A DNA stretch of 64,000 nt from the IMG/VR virus record IMGVR_UViG_3300032302_000065; one strand, given 5' to 3'. The first letter of the stretch is position 1, and every line of letters begins with the position of its first letter. Both the position numbers and the translations under genes were made by a program. The notes under the pieces were generated by a model. The model made no database searches, had not been told where the DNA came from, and was given only the letters and a program-made list of their open reading frames with translations. Source of the DNA: a virus. Its lineage: Duplodnaviria > Caudoviricetes. Of this stretch, positions 20,543-30,142 are shown in pieces.

Positions 20543-20726
20543 CTGAAACTCTCATTGAAGTAATTCGTCCGTTTCGAAATGTTCCAGATGCGTTTGGAGT
20601 GCTTGCAGGCTTTGCAGTACGAAACATAGGATTTTTCATATCACTTTCCGATGCATAGTAACTTAGTGGATATCCATTCTTGCGTTGGTAAGTTTTAACT
20701 TTAACTTGTTTTTTCACGATACTCAT
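20529..20726 (-). CDS. Hypothetical basic protein
   Basis: ORF with RBS AAGGA before MSIVKK. Confidence 0.55.
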   Translation of the reverse strand: MSIVKKQVKVKTYQRKNGYPLSYYASESDMKNPMFRTAKPASTPNASGTFRNGRITSMRVSVDES

Positions 20727-20739
20727 TTCAAAGTTCCTT

Positions 20740-21246
20740 TTACATTCTATAAAAAATATGACCTTCGATAGTCGCAACTTTCGTCACCTTACTACGCCAT
20801 GATGGTTTAATATCAATAGCATGAAAGTGTGTTGCTCCTTCTAAGAGTTTAATTATATCTGATCCACCTGTTTTTGTCAAGAGCATCTTAGCAACTTCAT
20901 AGCACTCTTTCCATCGTTTGCTGTTTGATGGTGGTGTACTTGCAACTCTGCTATTATACCATGAAAACTGTTGTGGCTCAGTTACAACATCACGAATGTT
21001 TTTTGGAAATCTGCTGTCGTGCAATCTGTTGAGTGTGACTGCACCAACTGCCATTTTACCGATTAGAGGTTCGCTACCTGCTTCGTAATAGATGTTCATT
21101 GCCATCCAATACAGGTCCGACTTACTAGAATTTTTTGGTGCGACAGCCGCATCTTGAATTTCTTTTAATGATGGCAATTCAGTAGCAATCACATTTGTAG
21201 AAAATAGTGCCGATACAAATACTACAGCCGCTAATAGTGCTTTCAT
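20740..21246 (-). CDS. SleB/Hydrolase_2 cell wall hydrolase with signal peptide
   Basis: NIYYEA..E...GKMAV..VTLNR, QFSW, GATHFHA, GHIFY. Confidence 0.92.
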   Translation of the reverse strand: MKALLAAVVFVSALFSTNVIATELPSLKEIQDAAVAPKNSSKSDLYWMAMNIYYEAGSEPLIGKMAVGAVTLNRLHDSRFPKNIRDVVTEPQQFSWYNSRVASTPPSNSKRWKECYEVAKMLLTKTGGSDIIKLLEGATHFHAIDIKPSWRSKVTKVATIEGHIFYRM

Positions 21247-21264
21247 ATTTTTTCCTTTCTTTTT

Positions 21265-21296
21265 AGACCCACTAAATTTTAGTGGGTCTTTTATTT
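21265..21296 (+). terminator. Hairpin with U-tail on the plus (antisense) strand
   Basis: AGACCCACT-AAATTTT-AGTGGGTCT followed by a T-rich tail. Confidence 0.55.
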
Positions 21297-22551
21297 AGCA
21301 TTTAACTAATGTGCTTAGTAAATGTGGTCCATCCCATGTTTGGCTTTCGATTCTGAATTGACCTTTGAAGCCATAAACTTCTTTAGCCCACATCCTTTCA
21401 TTGTCGAAATAAAATGGAAATGTTTGTTCTGTGATGATGTTCACATGTGTTGGATCCCAAAAGGCAGCCGCATGAGGAAATGCAGGTGTCTTTGAATAGA
21501 ATTTTCCTCCAACTTTCAATACTCGCCAAATCTCACTCATCAATTCTACAAATGGATATCTACGATTTGGATTATACATCAGTCTAGGAATGTGTTCGAT
21601 GAAATCATGTGCAGTCACATAATCAAAGAAATTATCTATAAACGGAATTGGTTCAATAACTAAATCTGCCCGTGTGATTTTATTCTTAGTATCATCTCTA
21701 ACATCAATACCATATACATGTTTTGCGTTAAATGGATTTTTAGGATACTCACCACAACCTAAATCAAGTGAATAAGTTTCTTCTGGTTCTTTAGTGTATC
21801 GAATAATGTCTTCGCTACAATCAGTTACCTTAGGTAAATCTTTACTCCACAATTCTTTTAAAGTTTCTGCTGTCATAACACCATTTGGTCCATGATAGTG
21901 ATGGCTTCCCCATCCACGAATTCTATCGTGTTCTGGCACTTTAGTTTGAATCTGCAATCTACGTTCAAGCATACCTCTACTAGCAATACAATTTGCATAG
22001 TGGAAAATCATCATCTCTTCATTGTTGTATGAAGCAAAATGGCGACCAACATCATATTCCATTGTTTTTACATTATGCAAACTTCTAGCACGGCGAGCCA
22101 TAAAGTCTGTCTTATAGTGAATACCTTGTTTCTTCTGTGCCCACAAAGGTTTAGTTCTGTCTAACTCACCATTTGGATTCCAATCCCAGAATGTGATTGT
22201 TGGAATTAAATGTTGTGTAGACCTAATCGTGTCAACTAAAAACTTTTTATAATCGCCAACTAAAAATTCTGTGACATTTAAACAAATGCGCCAGCCTTCA
22301 ATCTTACGTTCATATTCTAATACTTCAACGTCAACAAGTCTAGCATTAAATTCTGAATTTTTAGATTGTACAACTTCCCATGTCGGACAAATCTCTTTGA
22401 TGATTTCACGGGACCTGTCTGTAGATGCATAGTCGATAATGATACCATGATCGAAAATTTTCTTATGATGTTCTAGCCACCAAGGTAGAATATATTCTTC
22501 ATTATAAATGTGTGCAATTACTGTTGATGCCATTATGTCCTCAATTTTCAA
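21295..22551 (-). CDS. GT2-like glycosyltransferase fused to SAM methyltransferase
   Basis: N-terminal YNEE..LPWWL.HH..FDHG.IID..STD; C-terminal LDLGCG, DFIEHI, EIWRVLK.GG, DPTH. Confidence 0.85.
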   Translation of the reverse strand: MKIEDIMASTVIAHIYNEEYILPWWLEHHKKIFDHGIIIDYASTDRSREIIKEICPTWEVVQSKNSEFNARLVDVEVLEYERKIEGWRICLNVTEFLVGDYKKFLVDTIRSTQHLIPTITFWDWNPNGELDRTKPLWAQKKQGIHYKTDFMARRARSLHNVKTMEYDVGRHFASYNNEEMMIFHYANCIASRGMLERRLQIQTKVPEHDRIRGWGSHHYHGPNGVMTAETLKELWSKDLPKVTDCSEDIIRYTKEPEETYSLDLGCGEYPKNPFNAKHVYGIDVRDDTKNKITRADLVIEPIPFIDNFFDYVTAHDFIEHIPRLMYNPNRRYPFVELMSEIWRVLKVGGKFYSKTPAFPHAAAFWDPTHVNIITEQTFPFYFDNERMWAKEVYGFKGQFRIESQTWDGPHLLSTLVKC

Positions 22552-23230
22552 TTAAACTTGTATCTATCAAAATCGGTACTGTGCTTGTCTTTAATAAGTT
22601 TTCAACTGATCCCGGTTTTACATTTGGGTTTCTCAATTGTCCAAACTCATAGAATGAACGTCTAGGTCCACCAACATGACAAATGCCTGTTTGTTCACTT
22701 AAACATTTTTCTGCAATCTTAGGTGCAATGATATCTATGTACTCTTTAGATGAATACTTATCTGTGAACGCAGTATCAAATGGAAAATCAACATCACAAA
22801 ATTCAGTTCTTATGACTAATGATTTTTCATAGATAAGCGTAGCCATCTCACCAGCAACTTTAGATTTTGCATATCGTGTTAATGGATTAGGCAAATCTGT
22901 GTGTGTGTAGTTTCCTTTTTGTCCATCGAATACATGTGACGATGAAATAAAAACAAATCTAGCATTCTTACTCATCGCATGTTTTAATGCATTACATGTA
23001 CCTTGAATGTTTGTTTCAATTGTGTCAATAGGATTTTTTTCCGCATCAGCAAATTTTGCGATAGCCGCACAATGAATAACCAAATCACAATCAAATAGTA
23101 TAAAGAAGAGTGGATCAGTAATGTCTAACTCACTACTACTAGGCGCAATGATTTCATGTCCTTTTACTCTTAAATGGCGAATTAAATTTTTGCCAAGAAG
23201 TCCTGACCCACCAGTTAACAAGATTTTCAT
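22541..23230 (-). CDS. rmlD: dTDP-4-dehydrorhamnose reductase-like (RmlD)
   Basis: TGGSGLLG, LDIT, VFISS.HVFDG, NPL..YAKSK..GE. Confidence 0.8.
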   Translation of the reverse strand: MKILLTGGSGLLGKNLIRHLRVKGHEIIAPSSSELDITDPLFFILFDCDLVIHCAAIAKFADAEKNPIDTIETNIQGTCNALKHAMSKNARFVFISSSHVFDGQKGNYTHTDLPNPLTRYAKSKVAGEMATLIYEKSLVIRTEFCDVDFPFDTAFTDKYSSKEYIDIIAPKIAEKCLSEQTGICHVGGPRRSFYEFGQLRNPNVKPGSVENLLKTSTVPILIDTSLIEN

Positions 23231-24192
23231 TTGCCTAAAACTTTCTGAAATGTTGTTATGTTAGAATATTCATCACTATCAAAATTATAGCTTAACGGAT
23301 CCATATTGTCAAGTATCTCAGCCAAAGAATCTAAAGGGGTAAACTGTGCTTTGAAACCCAATTCATCTTCGATTTTTTCCGTACTTACTTTGTAGTTACG
23401 AACATCATTGTTTTCATTGATAACTAAGTCAACAACATATCCTCTTTTTCTCAACTCACCATGAATCGCTTCGCCCAACTGACCAATCGTCATATTGCCG
23501 CCAGAGAGGTTGTAAATACCAGATACATTCAAGTCTGCTTCTAATGCTTTTTGATATCCCTGAATCACATCACGAATATCTACAAGAGGGCGCCAAATCT
23601 TTGGATTGTTAACTACAATTTTTTGTGTTGTGAATGCACTCTTCAACATAGTGTTCACAACTAAATCATAGCGCATTTTTTGTGACCATCCACCAACTGT
23701 ACCTTTACGGAATACAATCGGTTTAAAGTTATCATCTTCTAAAGTTTCTAAACCACGTTCACATTGTAGTTTAGAAATACCATATGCATATGCAGGCTTA
23801 ACAAGACTGCTTTCATTTAGTGTCTTGTTCTTTGTGAAGCCATATACGCTACAAGAACTAGCACAAATAAAACGTTTTACTCCGGCTTCTTTAGCAATGA
23901 ATGCAAGATACATTGGTGCAGAAGAATTCTCAATGAAGTTTAAGTCTGGTCTGAACATCGCCATTGGATCATTAGACAATCCAGCAAGAAACAAAACAGC
24001 ATCATATGTTGTCAAGTCTTCCGGTTTAATATCCCACAAACTTTTCTTTTCTTTTGAAATGCTTTTAGTTAAATTATCACCAAACCAAAAGTTATCAATA
24101 ACATGCACTTTGTATCCCATGCGGGTACTCAAGTGATTTGAGAGTCTTGTGCCAATGTAGCCAGCGCCACCAACGATAAGAATATTTTTCAT
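23227..24192 (-). CDS. NAD-dependent NDP-sugar epimerase/dehydratase (extended SDR)
   Basis: GGAGYIG, ASSCSVYG, YGISK, MRYDLVVN. Confidence 0.9.
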   Translation of the reverse strand: MKNILIVGGAGYIGTRLSNHLSTRMGYKVHVIDNFWFGDNLTKSISKEKKSLWDIKPEDLTTYDAVLFLAGLSNDPMAMFRPDLNFIENSSAPMYLAFIAKEAGVKRFICASSCSVYGFTKNKTLNESSLVKPAYAYGISKLQCERGLETLEDDNFKPIVFRKGTVGGWSQKMRYDLVVNTMLKSAFTTQKIVVNNPKIWRPLVDIRDVIQGYQKALEADLNVSGIYNLSGGNMTIGQLGEAIHGELRKRGYVVDLVINENNDVRNYKVSTEKIEDELGFKAQFTPLDSLAEILDNMDPLSYNFDSDEYSNITTFQKVLGK

Positions 24193-24194
24193 AA

Positions 24195-24749
24195 TTAGAA
24201 TTTTGGATTTAGTTTATAATCTGCGAAAGAACCTGCGGCTCTGTCTTTGTCTGATAGAATGAAGTCTTTGATTGTATCAATTGATTGCCAATCGATATTC
24301 AAATCTGTATCAAATGGATTAATTGCGGCTTCTGCTTTGGAATTATGTACTGCTGTGCATTTGTACATTAGATGCGTATATTCTGCTAATGAAAGAAACG
24401 CATGACCAAAACCTGCTGGTACCCATAACTGATTGTTTGATTCTGGTCCTAACAACTCAGCATGATACTGTCCGTATGTTGGAGAATCTTTTCGTAAATC
24501 AATTGCAACATCAAGTCCATATCCATGAGTGACACGAACCAATTTACCCATTGGTTTGTCCCATTGGAAATGAATACCTCTTAGAACATGTTTTTTTGAT
24601 ACGGATTGATTGTCTTGAAGAAATTTTACGCCAAGTGCGTCTTCAACTTCTGGTCTGAATGTCTCTGTAAAGAAACCACGATTGTCTCTATAAACAGGTA
24701 GATTGATGATTTTAACATCAGGGATTATTTTCGAATCAGTTATTTTCAT
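24195..24749 (-). CDS. rmlC: dTDP-4-dehydrorhamnose 3,5-epimerase
   Basis: DNRGFF.E, QDNQS.S...VLRGIHFQ, DLRKDSPTYG, VPAGFGHAF, LSDKD. Confidence 0.95.
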   Translation of the reverse strand: MKITDSKIIPDVKIINLPVYRDNRGFFTETFRPEVEDALGVKFLQDNQSVSKKHVLRGIHFQWDKPMGKLVRVTHGYGLDVAIDLRKDSPTYGQYHAELLGPESNNQLWVPAGFGHAFLSLAEYTHLMYKCTAVHNSKAEAAINPFDTDLNIDWQSIDTIKDFILSDKDRAAGSFADYKLNPKF

Positions 24750-24764
24750 TATTACTCCATAAAT

Positions 24765-25030
24765 TGGTGACAGGTTATTCTGTTACGAGGAAACCTGTCG
24801 AAACCCTAGTCAGCGTTTAGGCTGCCAATGCGAACTGTGAGTCGTTTGCGTTTACTTTTTTTTAGTTTTAACATCTACTCTGATGTGCTGTCCACTCTGG
24901 TACTCTTTGCCCTGTCGAAACTATGCACCCCCATCAAAAACACACTTCATGGATGGAATGTGTTTTTGGTGGAGGTGGGGGGATTCGCACCCCCGTCCAG
25001 AACCTTTTTCTCTTTGCTTCATACAGCAAT
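24765..25030 (-). ncRNA. ssrA: Circularly permuted (two-piece) tmRNA; tag ANDSQFALAA
   Basis: Minus-strand order: acceptor piece ending GGGGGTGCGAATCCCCCCACCTCCACCA (24967), hairpin spacer, coding piece starting GGGGGTG (24932) giving a G3:U pair, tag frame 24849-24817. Confidence 0.93.
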
Positions 25031-25031
25031 A

Positions 25032-25169
25032 TCAATCATAAGGTGGCCAACCAGTGTCCGCCTTACTATCTTCTTCAAAATTATTCCAATCGTAGGTTGC
25101 AACTTTGTAAATCCAAAATGCATGTAGTCCTACAACAAGAATTAATAAAATTATATCACTATTTATCAT
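25032..25169 (-). CDS. 45-aa membrane peptide (not in the ORF track)
   Basis: MINSDIILLILVVGLHAFWIYKVATYDWNNFEEDSKADTGWPPYD; fills the gap between the exonuclease gene and tmRNA. Confidence 0.55.
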   Translation of the reverse strand: MINSDIILLILVVGLHAFWIYKVATYDWNNFEEDSKADTGWPPYD

Positions 25170-25170
25170 G

Positions 25171-25839
25171 TTAGTCAATCAGTACGGCATCATATGCTTC
25201 ACGGTAAGAAATAAAATCTTTGATATAGTCGTTGCGTTTCTTAATGAACACTTGTGGATGTTCAGAGTCAACAGCAATCATAATTACAATTTGTGATACT
25301 GGTATACCAGTTCGTTCTTCATACATGACTGCGTATGCAGAGCATTGCATAAAGTATCCTTTAATCCAACTCTCTTCTTTTAACTTACTTGAAGTCTTGA
25401 AGTCAATGATAGATAACTTACCATCATATTCTGCAATACAGTCAACTCTACCAGCAACTTTTAAATGATGAGAATACAAAGGAATCTCTAGCGCATGAAT
25501 GTTATTTACATGTTCATCTAATAGAGGTTGTAAAGACTTGAACATAGCAACAGAATCTGGCATCGTCTTACGTGCATAGTCTTCTTCATTGTTCAAATAA
25601 TTTTCGCAAATCTTATGTACTCTAGTGCCACGGCTGGATGCTTTAGTGGAGATACGATTGGCTTCTTCTTCACCGACACGTTTTCGCCATTCTATGATTT
25701 TATCTTTACCATGCTGAGATGTGATAGTAGTCACGGAAGGATATAGATTGCCTTCAGGCGTCTTGTAAAAACGCTTGCCGTTTATTGTTTCGGTTTCTAG
25801 GTCATAATCAATATCACAACCAACATGTTTAAAGTTCAT
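25171..25839 (-). CDS. PD-(D/E)XK exonuclease (T4-like phage exonuclease)
   Basis: YPSVTT, RGT.VH..CE.YL, AGRVDCIAEY.G.LSIIDFKTS, Q..AYA. Confidence 0.9.
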   Translation of the reverse strand: MNFKHVGCDIDYDLETETINGKRFYKTPEGNLYPSVTTITSQHGKDKIIEWRKRVGEEEANRISTKASSRGTRVHKICENYLNNEEDYARKTMPDSVAMFKSLQPLLDEHVNNIHALEIPLYSHHLKVAGRVDCIAEYDGKLSIIDFKTSSKLKEESWIKGYFMQCSAYAVMYEERTGIPVSQIVIMIAVDSEHPQVFIKKRNDYIKDFISYREAYDAVLID

Positions 25840-25841
25840 TT

Positions 25842-26615
25842 TTATAGTACCATAAAGTATAGATTAAAGTATTTATCTCCGTTGCTTTCAACCCCACCAG
25901 AAAAATGTATTAAAGGAAGTCTTGCCAAGTCTCGTAGTTTAACACGAATGTCAATATCTGTCAATAGTATAACGTCATCGGAAATATCTTTTAGATATGT
26001 ATTCTTTAATTCAATCTCAAATCCTCGCTTATCAGTATTTTCATCTTTTACCGAATACAATTGGCTAATTCTTTCTTGTGTTATGAATTTTGGATACAAC
26101 CCAAAGCCACTTGAGTCTATGAGAGATTTATACTTGTCTTTAGATTTTATTGATTGATATCGTGTAACTGCACACTTAGATTCGGTCCATTTGAATCCAT
26201 ATCCAAAACCTTTTGTAACAGTTTCACAATATACTTTATACTTAGCAACATTGGTATTGGCTTCAATTGCAAAAATAATAAAATCGCATGTAGAAAATTC
26301 ACTCAACAGCATGTCGATATATTTTTCGGGGAAGTTATATTTCTTAACAATTTTTAATACGCTGTTAAAATTCGTAAACTTCTCTTTTCTACAAACCACA
26401 ATAATACGATCCCTGTTAAAATTACTTTTAGTAATTTTAACGGAATGATGTATTTTCATTTTGTGATCTAGCCAAAATTCACTTTGAAAATTTTCTAAAA
26501 ATTCTATTACATATTGATTATCAGTACGAATTGAATCCAAAGCGATATACTTTGGATCCAATGAACGAATATCTATGTTTGCTAGACTAACTTGTTGCGG
26601 TAACTCCATCTTCAT
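25842..26615 (-). CDS. Hypothetical protein
   Basis: 257-aa ORF in operon. Confidence 0.6.
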   Translation of the reverse strand: MKMELPQQVSLANIDIRSLDPKYIALDSIRTDNQYVIEFLENFQSEFWLDHKMKIHHSVKITKSNFNRDRIIVVCRKEKFTNFNSVLKIVKKYNFPEKYIDMLLSEFSTCDFIIFAIEANTNVAKYKVYCETVTKGFGYGFKWTESKCAVTRYQSIKSKDKYKSLIDSSGFGLYPKFITQERISQLYSVKDENTDKRGFEIELKNTYLKDISDDVILLTDIDIRVKLRDLARLPLIHFSGGVESNGDKYFNLYFMVL

Positions 26616-27402
26616 ATTGTAATTTCGCTAAAATATAATCTTTCACTAGAGAAGAACGAACGATATCATCAACAGTAAATTCAATCTTTGTGAATGCATT
26701 CATGTGATGTGCAATGTCAAAGAATTTAAGAATTCCTGATACATCATTTTTCTTTTTATTCAAGTCTGTTTGTCTATAGTCGCCGCACCAAATAATTTTA
26801 GAGCGATAACCAACCCGTGTCATAACAGTATCAATCTCTTCATACGTCATGTTTTGCATTTCATCAACAATAATGATAGCATCATCAAATGACATACCAC
26901 GAATGAATGATGTTGAAATGAATTCAATATGTCCTTGCTCTTCTAATCTATCCCATGCGTCTTTGCGACCAAATAGTGTTTCGCAGATTTGTCGATATGG
27001 TTGTTGATAGATTTCCATCTTCTCATTTACGTCACCTGGCAAATGTCCAATCTCTCTTGATTGAACAGCAGAACGTACTACGATGATTTTATTAAATGGA
27101 TTTGCTTTATCCATTACTTCTTCAATTGCTTTATACAATGCACAGAATGTTTTACCTGTACCTGCTACGCCATGAAGTGCTACGAAATAGTCTCCACGTT
27201 TATATGCATCGAAAAAAAGTTTTTGATTTTCTGTTAAAGGGTCAAAAGTTTTTAAATCATCTAGTCTGATTCTGAGTGTATTATTGACGGTTTTGTTTCT
27301 AGGAGTCGATTGAAGTTCTGGTTCGGTATTTGCTGATTTAGGTACAGCAGGTTTTCTTGCCATGGGAGTCCTTTTACTTGTTGTAGTATGGTGTATCCCC
27401 AT
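26587..27402 (-). CDS. phoH: PhoH-like ATPase
   Basis: GVAGTGKT, IGHLPG...EK, FIRGMSF, VDEMQN, GD..Q.DL, DIVRS.LVK. Confidence 0.95.
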   Translation of the reverse strand: MGIHHTTTSKRTPMARKPAVPKSANTEPELQSTPRNKTVNNTLRIRLDDLKTFDPLTENQKLFFDAYKRGDYFVALHGVAGTGKTFCALYKAIEEVMDKANPFNKIIVVRSAVQSREIGHLPGDVNEKMEIYQQPYRQICETLFGRKDAWDRLEEQGHIEFISTSFIRGMSFDDAIIIVDEMQNMTYEEIDTVMTRVGYRSKIIWCGDYRQTDLNKKKNDVSGILKFFDIAHHMNAFTKIEFTVDDIVRSSLVKDYILAKLQYEDGVTATS

Positions 27403-27404
27403 TA

Positions 27405-27641
27405 TTAGAAAGTGTTAACATTACCTCTAGGGTGAGCCTCTTTAGCTTTTGCAAGGACTTCTCTAAATCCATTGTCTGGCTTTCTGAGACCCAATCTAAT
27501 AGGATCACCTAATGATGGGGCGCCTAGCATAACAGATTCATATTGAGGATTATGTTCTAAGAATTCCTCTTTATCAGCAATTTTAAAAAGTTTTTCAATT
27601 ATCTCGCCAGTTTCACGATGGCGAAAGTTGTAAGTTGGCAT
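27405..27641 (-). CDS. FmdB-like small protein (Cys-less)
   Basis: MPTY.F...ETGE..E N-terminus. Confidence 0.6.
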   Translation of the reverse strand: MPTYNFRHRETGEIIEKLFKIADKEEFLEHNPQYESVMLGAPSLGDPIRLGLRKPDNGFREVLAKAKEAHPRGNVNTF

Positions 27642-28188
27642 TGTTTACTCCGTGTGAGAACCACTCTGGTGTTTCCCTGTTTTTCCAATTAGCGAATCTC
27701 GCCTTATCATGTATATAGTAATTCTGATACGAGCGAATAGAATCATTCGTCACTTTATATATGTCTGGCATTGCAGGCGTGGGTTCGGTGAATGGAACAT
27801 CAGCAATGTTCTCTGGAGGCATACAAAGATACTTTGCATATTTTTCACATGCATGATGCTTGCCGTATCGATGTGTATACTCAGTCATCAAGTGAGTCCA
27901 CATCTGATACAGCCACATATAGTTTTGTTTGCTTGCACGAACCCATATGTTTGACGGATGATTAACATGTGATGCTTTCATCAAGCCGTATTCAATGATT
28001 TCGTTTTTCATGCGCCAACGTTGAATGTTACGATTGTTCGCAGTCTTATCTATGAATTTGTCGCCATCAAGAACACGGTGTGCGGTAGACATGAGTTGTG
28101 CATACTCAATAATCATTTTTACAACGTGTTTGTCTAAGTGCATTTCTGCACAGACTTTTGGTTCGTGATTCAAATAAAAAATGTTCAA
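27613..28188 (-). CDS. Pyrimidine-dimer DNA glycosylase (DenV)-like protein
   Basis: MNIFYL...P..CA..H.DKHVVKM..E.AQL, H.NHP..W, EY..RYGK.H. Confidence 0.7.
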   Translation of the reverse strand: MNIFYLNHEPKVCAEMHLDKHVVKMIIEYAQLMSTAHRVLDGDKFIDKTANNRNIQRWRMKNEIIEYGLMKASHVNHPSNIWVRASKQNYMWLYQMWTHLMTEYTHRYGKHHACEKYAKYLCMPPENIADVPFTEPTPAMPDIYKVTNDSIRSYQNYYIHDKARFANWKNRETPEWFSHGVNNANLQLSPS

Positions 28189-28625
28189 TCTAGTCTCTCC
28201 ACAAGTGTTTGTTCGCCCAATTCTTTTCCAAACGACATGTTATCATAGTATACACGAACAAGCCCCTTACGTGCAAGTGAAACACAGGTAACACATGCAC
28301 CAAAGTAATTAACGTTCTCGGTAATATCTTCGATGCATTGGCTTGGCACACCTTCGGCACGGGATAACATTTCTGTCATCAATATAACATCTTCCATACC
28401 ATCATTAAATTCGCTATCACCCTCATCAATAATTTCCATTAATGTTTGCAGGTTCTCATCAGACAATTTTTTAAAGAATTTACCTAATGATATGTATGGA
28501 TTACGCATCAACATCTTTGCAACAGATTTTGTAACTGGCAAAAGTTTATCTGATTCAATAATCTTTTCCATGCAAGGATGTGAATTCTCAAAGTCGATAG
28601 GGTTTTTATTTATAAGTTTACTCAT
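28185..28625 (-). CDS. Hypothetical protein
   Basis: ORF in operon. Confidence 0.6.
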   Translation of the reverse strand: MSKLINKNPIDFENSHPCMEKIIESDKLLPVTKSVAKMLMRNPYISLGKFFKKLSDENLQTLMEIIDEGDSEFNDGMEDVILMTEMLSRAEGVPSQCIEDITENVNYFGACVTCVSLARKGLVRVYYDNMSFGKELGEQTLVERLD

Positions 28626-28626
28626 A

Positions 28627-29544
28627 TCAAATCTCCACGTATTTTAGTTTAAAGTTATCAGCACGGTCTTCGTGATTGATATAGCCACGTGGATTACAAA
28701 CAACTCTAGTAGTACCAATCATGTAATCAAAGTCTTCATGTGTGTGTCCATGAGTCCACAATTTGATTTGTGGGTTGTCAAGAATGAATTGATCCAAACG
28801 GCTACTGTATGCGCCATTCATAATCACTTCATCTTTATATCGTGGATGAGTAGATGCCTTGCTAGGTGCATGATGCCCAACAACAACATACTTGTTTGTA
28901 TTCTTACCAAGCATATCAGTAGTCACTTGAATGTATTCTAACATTTTCTTGTGATCTTGTACAGTATCTTCTGGTGTGAACCTAGCAGGACGCTTATGAA
29001 ATTCTGCTTTCTGAATTGCATGTCCATTTTCATCCAGTTTAACATTACCATCAGCATCGTATGCATTGACCATTGTCTTGTACGATACCATTTCGGTGCT
29101 GTTTTCGATAATGCGAAAATCATTCATCACACCACGAATGTGTGAAAGAGTAACAGGGTCTTGTGCATTCATGTCGGTCCACAATGTGCCACCAATGAAC
29201 GTTACATCACCAAGTGTGACATGCTCTTTGTCAAGAATGTGCAAATTTGAAATGTGTCCAAGAAAGTTTCGTAGAATCGTAAACGTTTCTGCATAGTCGC
29301 CATTATAGTGTTCGTGATTTCCTGCAACGTAAATTACTGAAGGAAATTGAAAAGCACAACGGCTAAAGAAATCGATGTAGCGTTCGCTTTTACCTTTCCC
29401 TACAATCCCATATGGATCAGACTTACGAAAGTCAGCCGCAACGCAGATATCGCCAGACAGTATTAATACGTCAGCGTTTTCTTCGTTCTTTAAAATCAGA
29501 TCACCAAACTCTAGGTGAACATCGGAAGCAATAGCAATTTTCAT
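28627..29544 (-). CDS. Calcineurin-like metallophosphoesterase
   Basis: SDVHLE, GDI, GNHEHY, HHAP, HGHTH. Confidence 0.92.
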   Translation of the reverse strand: MKIAIASDVHLEFGDLILKNEENADVLILSGDICVAADFRKSDPYGIVGKGKSERYIDFFSRCAFQFPSVIYVAGNHEHYNGDYAETFTILRNFLGHISNLHILDKEHVTLGDVTFIGGTLWTDMNAQDPVTLSHIRGVMNDFRIIENSTEMVSYKTMVNAYDADGNVKLDENGHAIQKAEFHKRPARFTPEDTVQDHKKMLEYIQVTTDMLGKNTNKYVVVGHHAPSKASTHPRYKDEVIMNGAYSSRLDQFILDNPQIKLWTHGHTHEDFDYMIGTTRVVCNPRGYINHEDRADNFKLKYVEI

Positions 29545-30029
29545 TGTAGTAGTCTTTTCAGAGTTTTAATAGTTACATTAACATCGTTATGCAGTACAGT
29601 AATACCGCCAGCGTTTCCAAATGATTCAATTACATCTGGAGTATCATCCACCAATATGGTTGTGGATGTTGCGTATTCGGCTTTCAATTTGCGCCCAGGC
29701 ACAGTATTTATTTTATATTCAATTCCCCGTTCACAAAGCCATTGCGTCTTTTGGATTGTCACTTCCGCATGATACTTTTGTCCGCCGCTAGAAGTCAGCA
29801 TTTCAATAGGAATATCACGAATGGTTCTTACGTATGCAAGTAATTCTTCTCCACCTTCGTACCAATCTAATGTTGCAAAACTTTCGGCTTCAATAAATTT
29901 AGTCCAGTTAGGAGAAAATTGTTTTCGATCCCGTGATTCACCCGCAGTCTCGCCGAACAATTCATAATAGCGTCTATTGAAATCACAAAAAACGCCATCC
30001 ATGTCCAGATAAATTTTAGTTATAGCCAT
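29541..30029 (-). CDS. HAD 5'(3')-deoxyribonucleotidase-like
   Basis: YLDMDGV..DF, K..WL, LVDD. Confidence 0.85.
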   Translation of the reverse strand: MAITKIYLDMDGVFCDFNRRYYELFGETAGESRDRKQFSPNWTKFIEAESFATLDWYEGGEELLAYVRTIRDIPIEMLTSSGGQKYHAEVTIQKTQWLCERGIEYKINTVPGRKLKAEYATSTTILVDDTPDVIESFGNAGGITVLHNDVNVTIKTLKRLLQ

Positions 30030-30142
30030 AAAATAAGTCCAATCATTATTGCAAAAAGTAAATATTCCATAAGAGTGAAGTTTATCATTAGTTTATAAAA
30101 CCAAGGATACTGCATCAATCTATCATATATGGAAAGTTTCAT
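30020..30142 (-). CDS. 40-aa membrane peptide (not in the ORF track)
   Basis: MKLSIYDRLMQYPWFYKLMINFTLMEYLLFAIMIGLILWL; overlaps both neighbours. Confidence 0.5.
   Translation of the reverse strand: MKLSIYDRLMQYPWFYKLMINFTLMEYLLFAIMIGLILWL

Noticed and set aside
24828-25174. Plus-strand ORFs 24828..25127 and 24923..25174
   Set aside because: Antisense shadows of the tmRNA gene
25171-25839. Exonuclease as Cas4 of a CRISPR system
   Set aside because: No Fe-S Cys cluster, cas genes or array; it is an ordinary T4-like phage exonuclease
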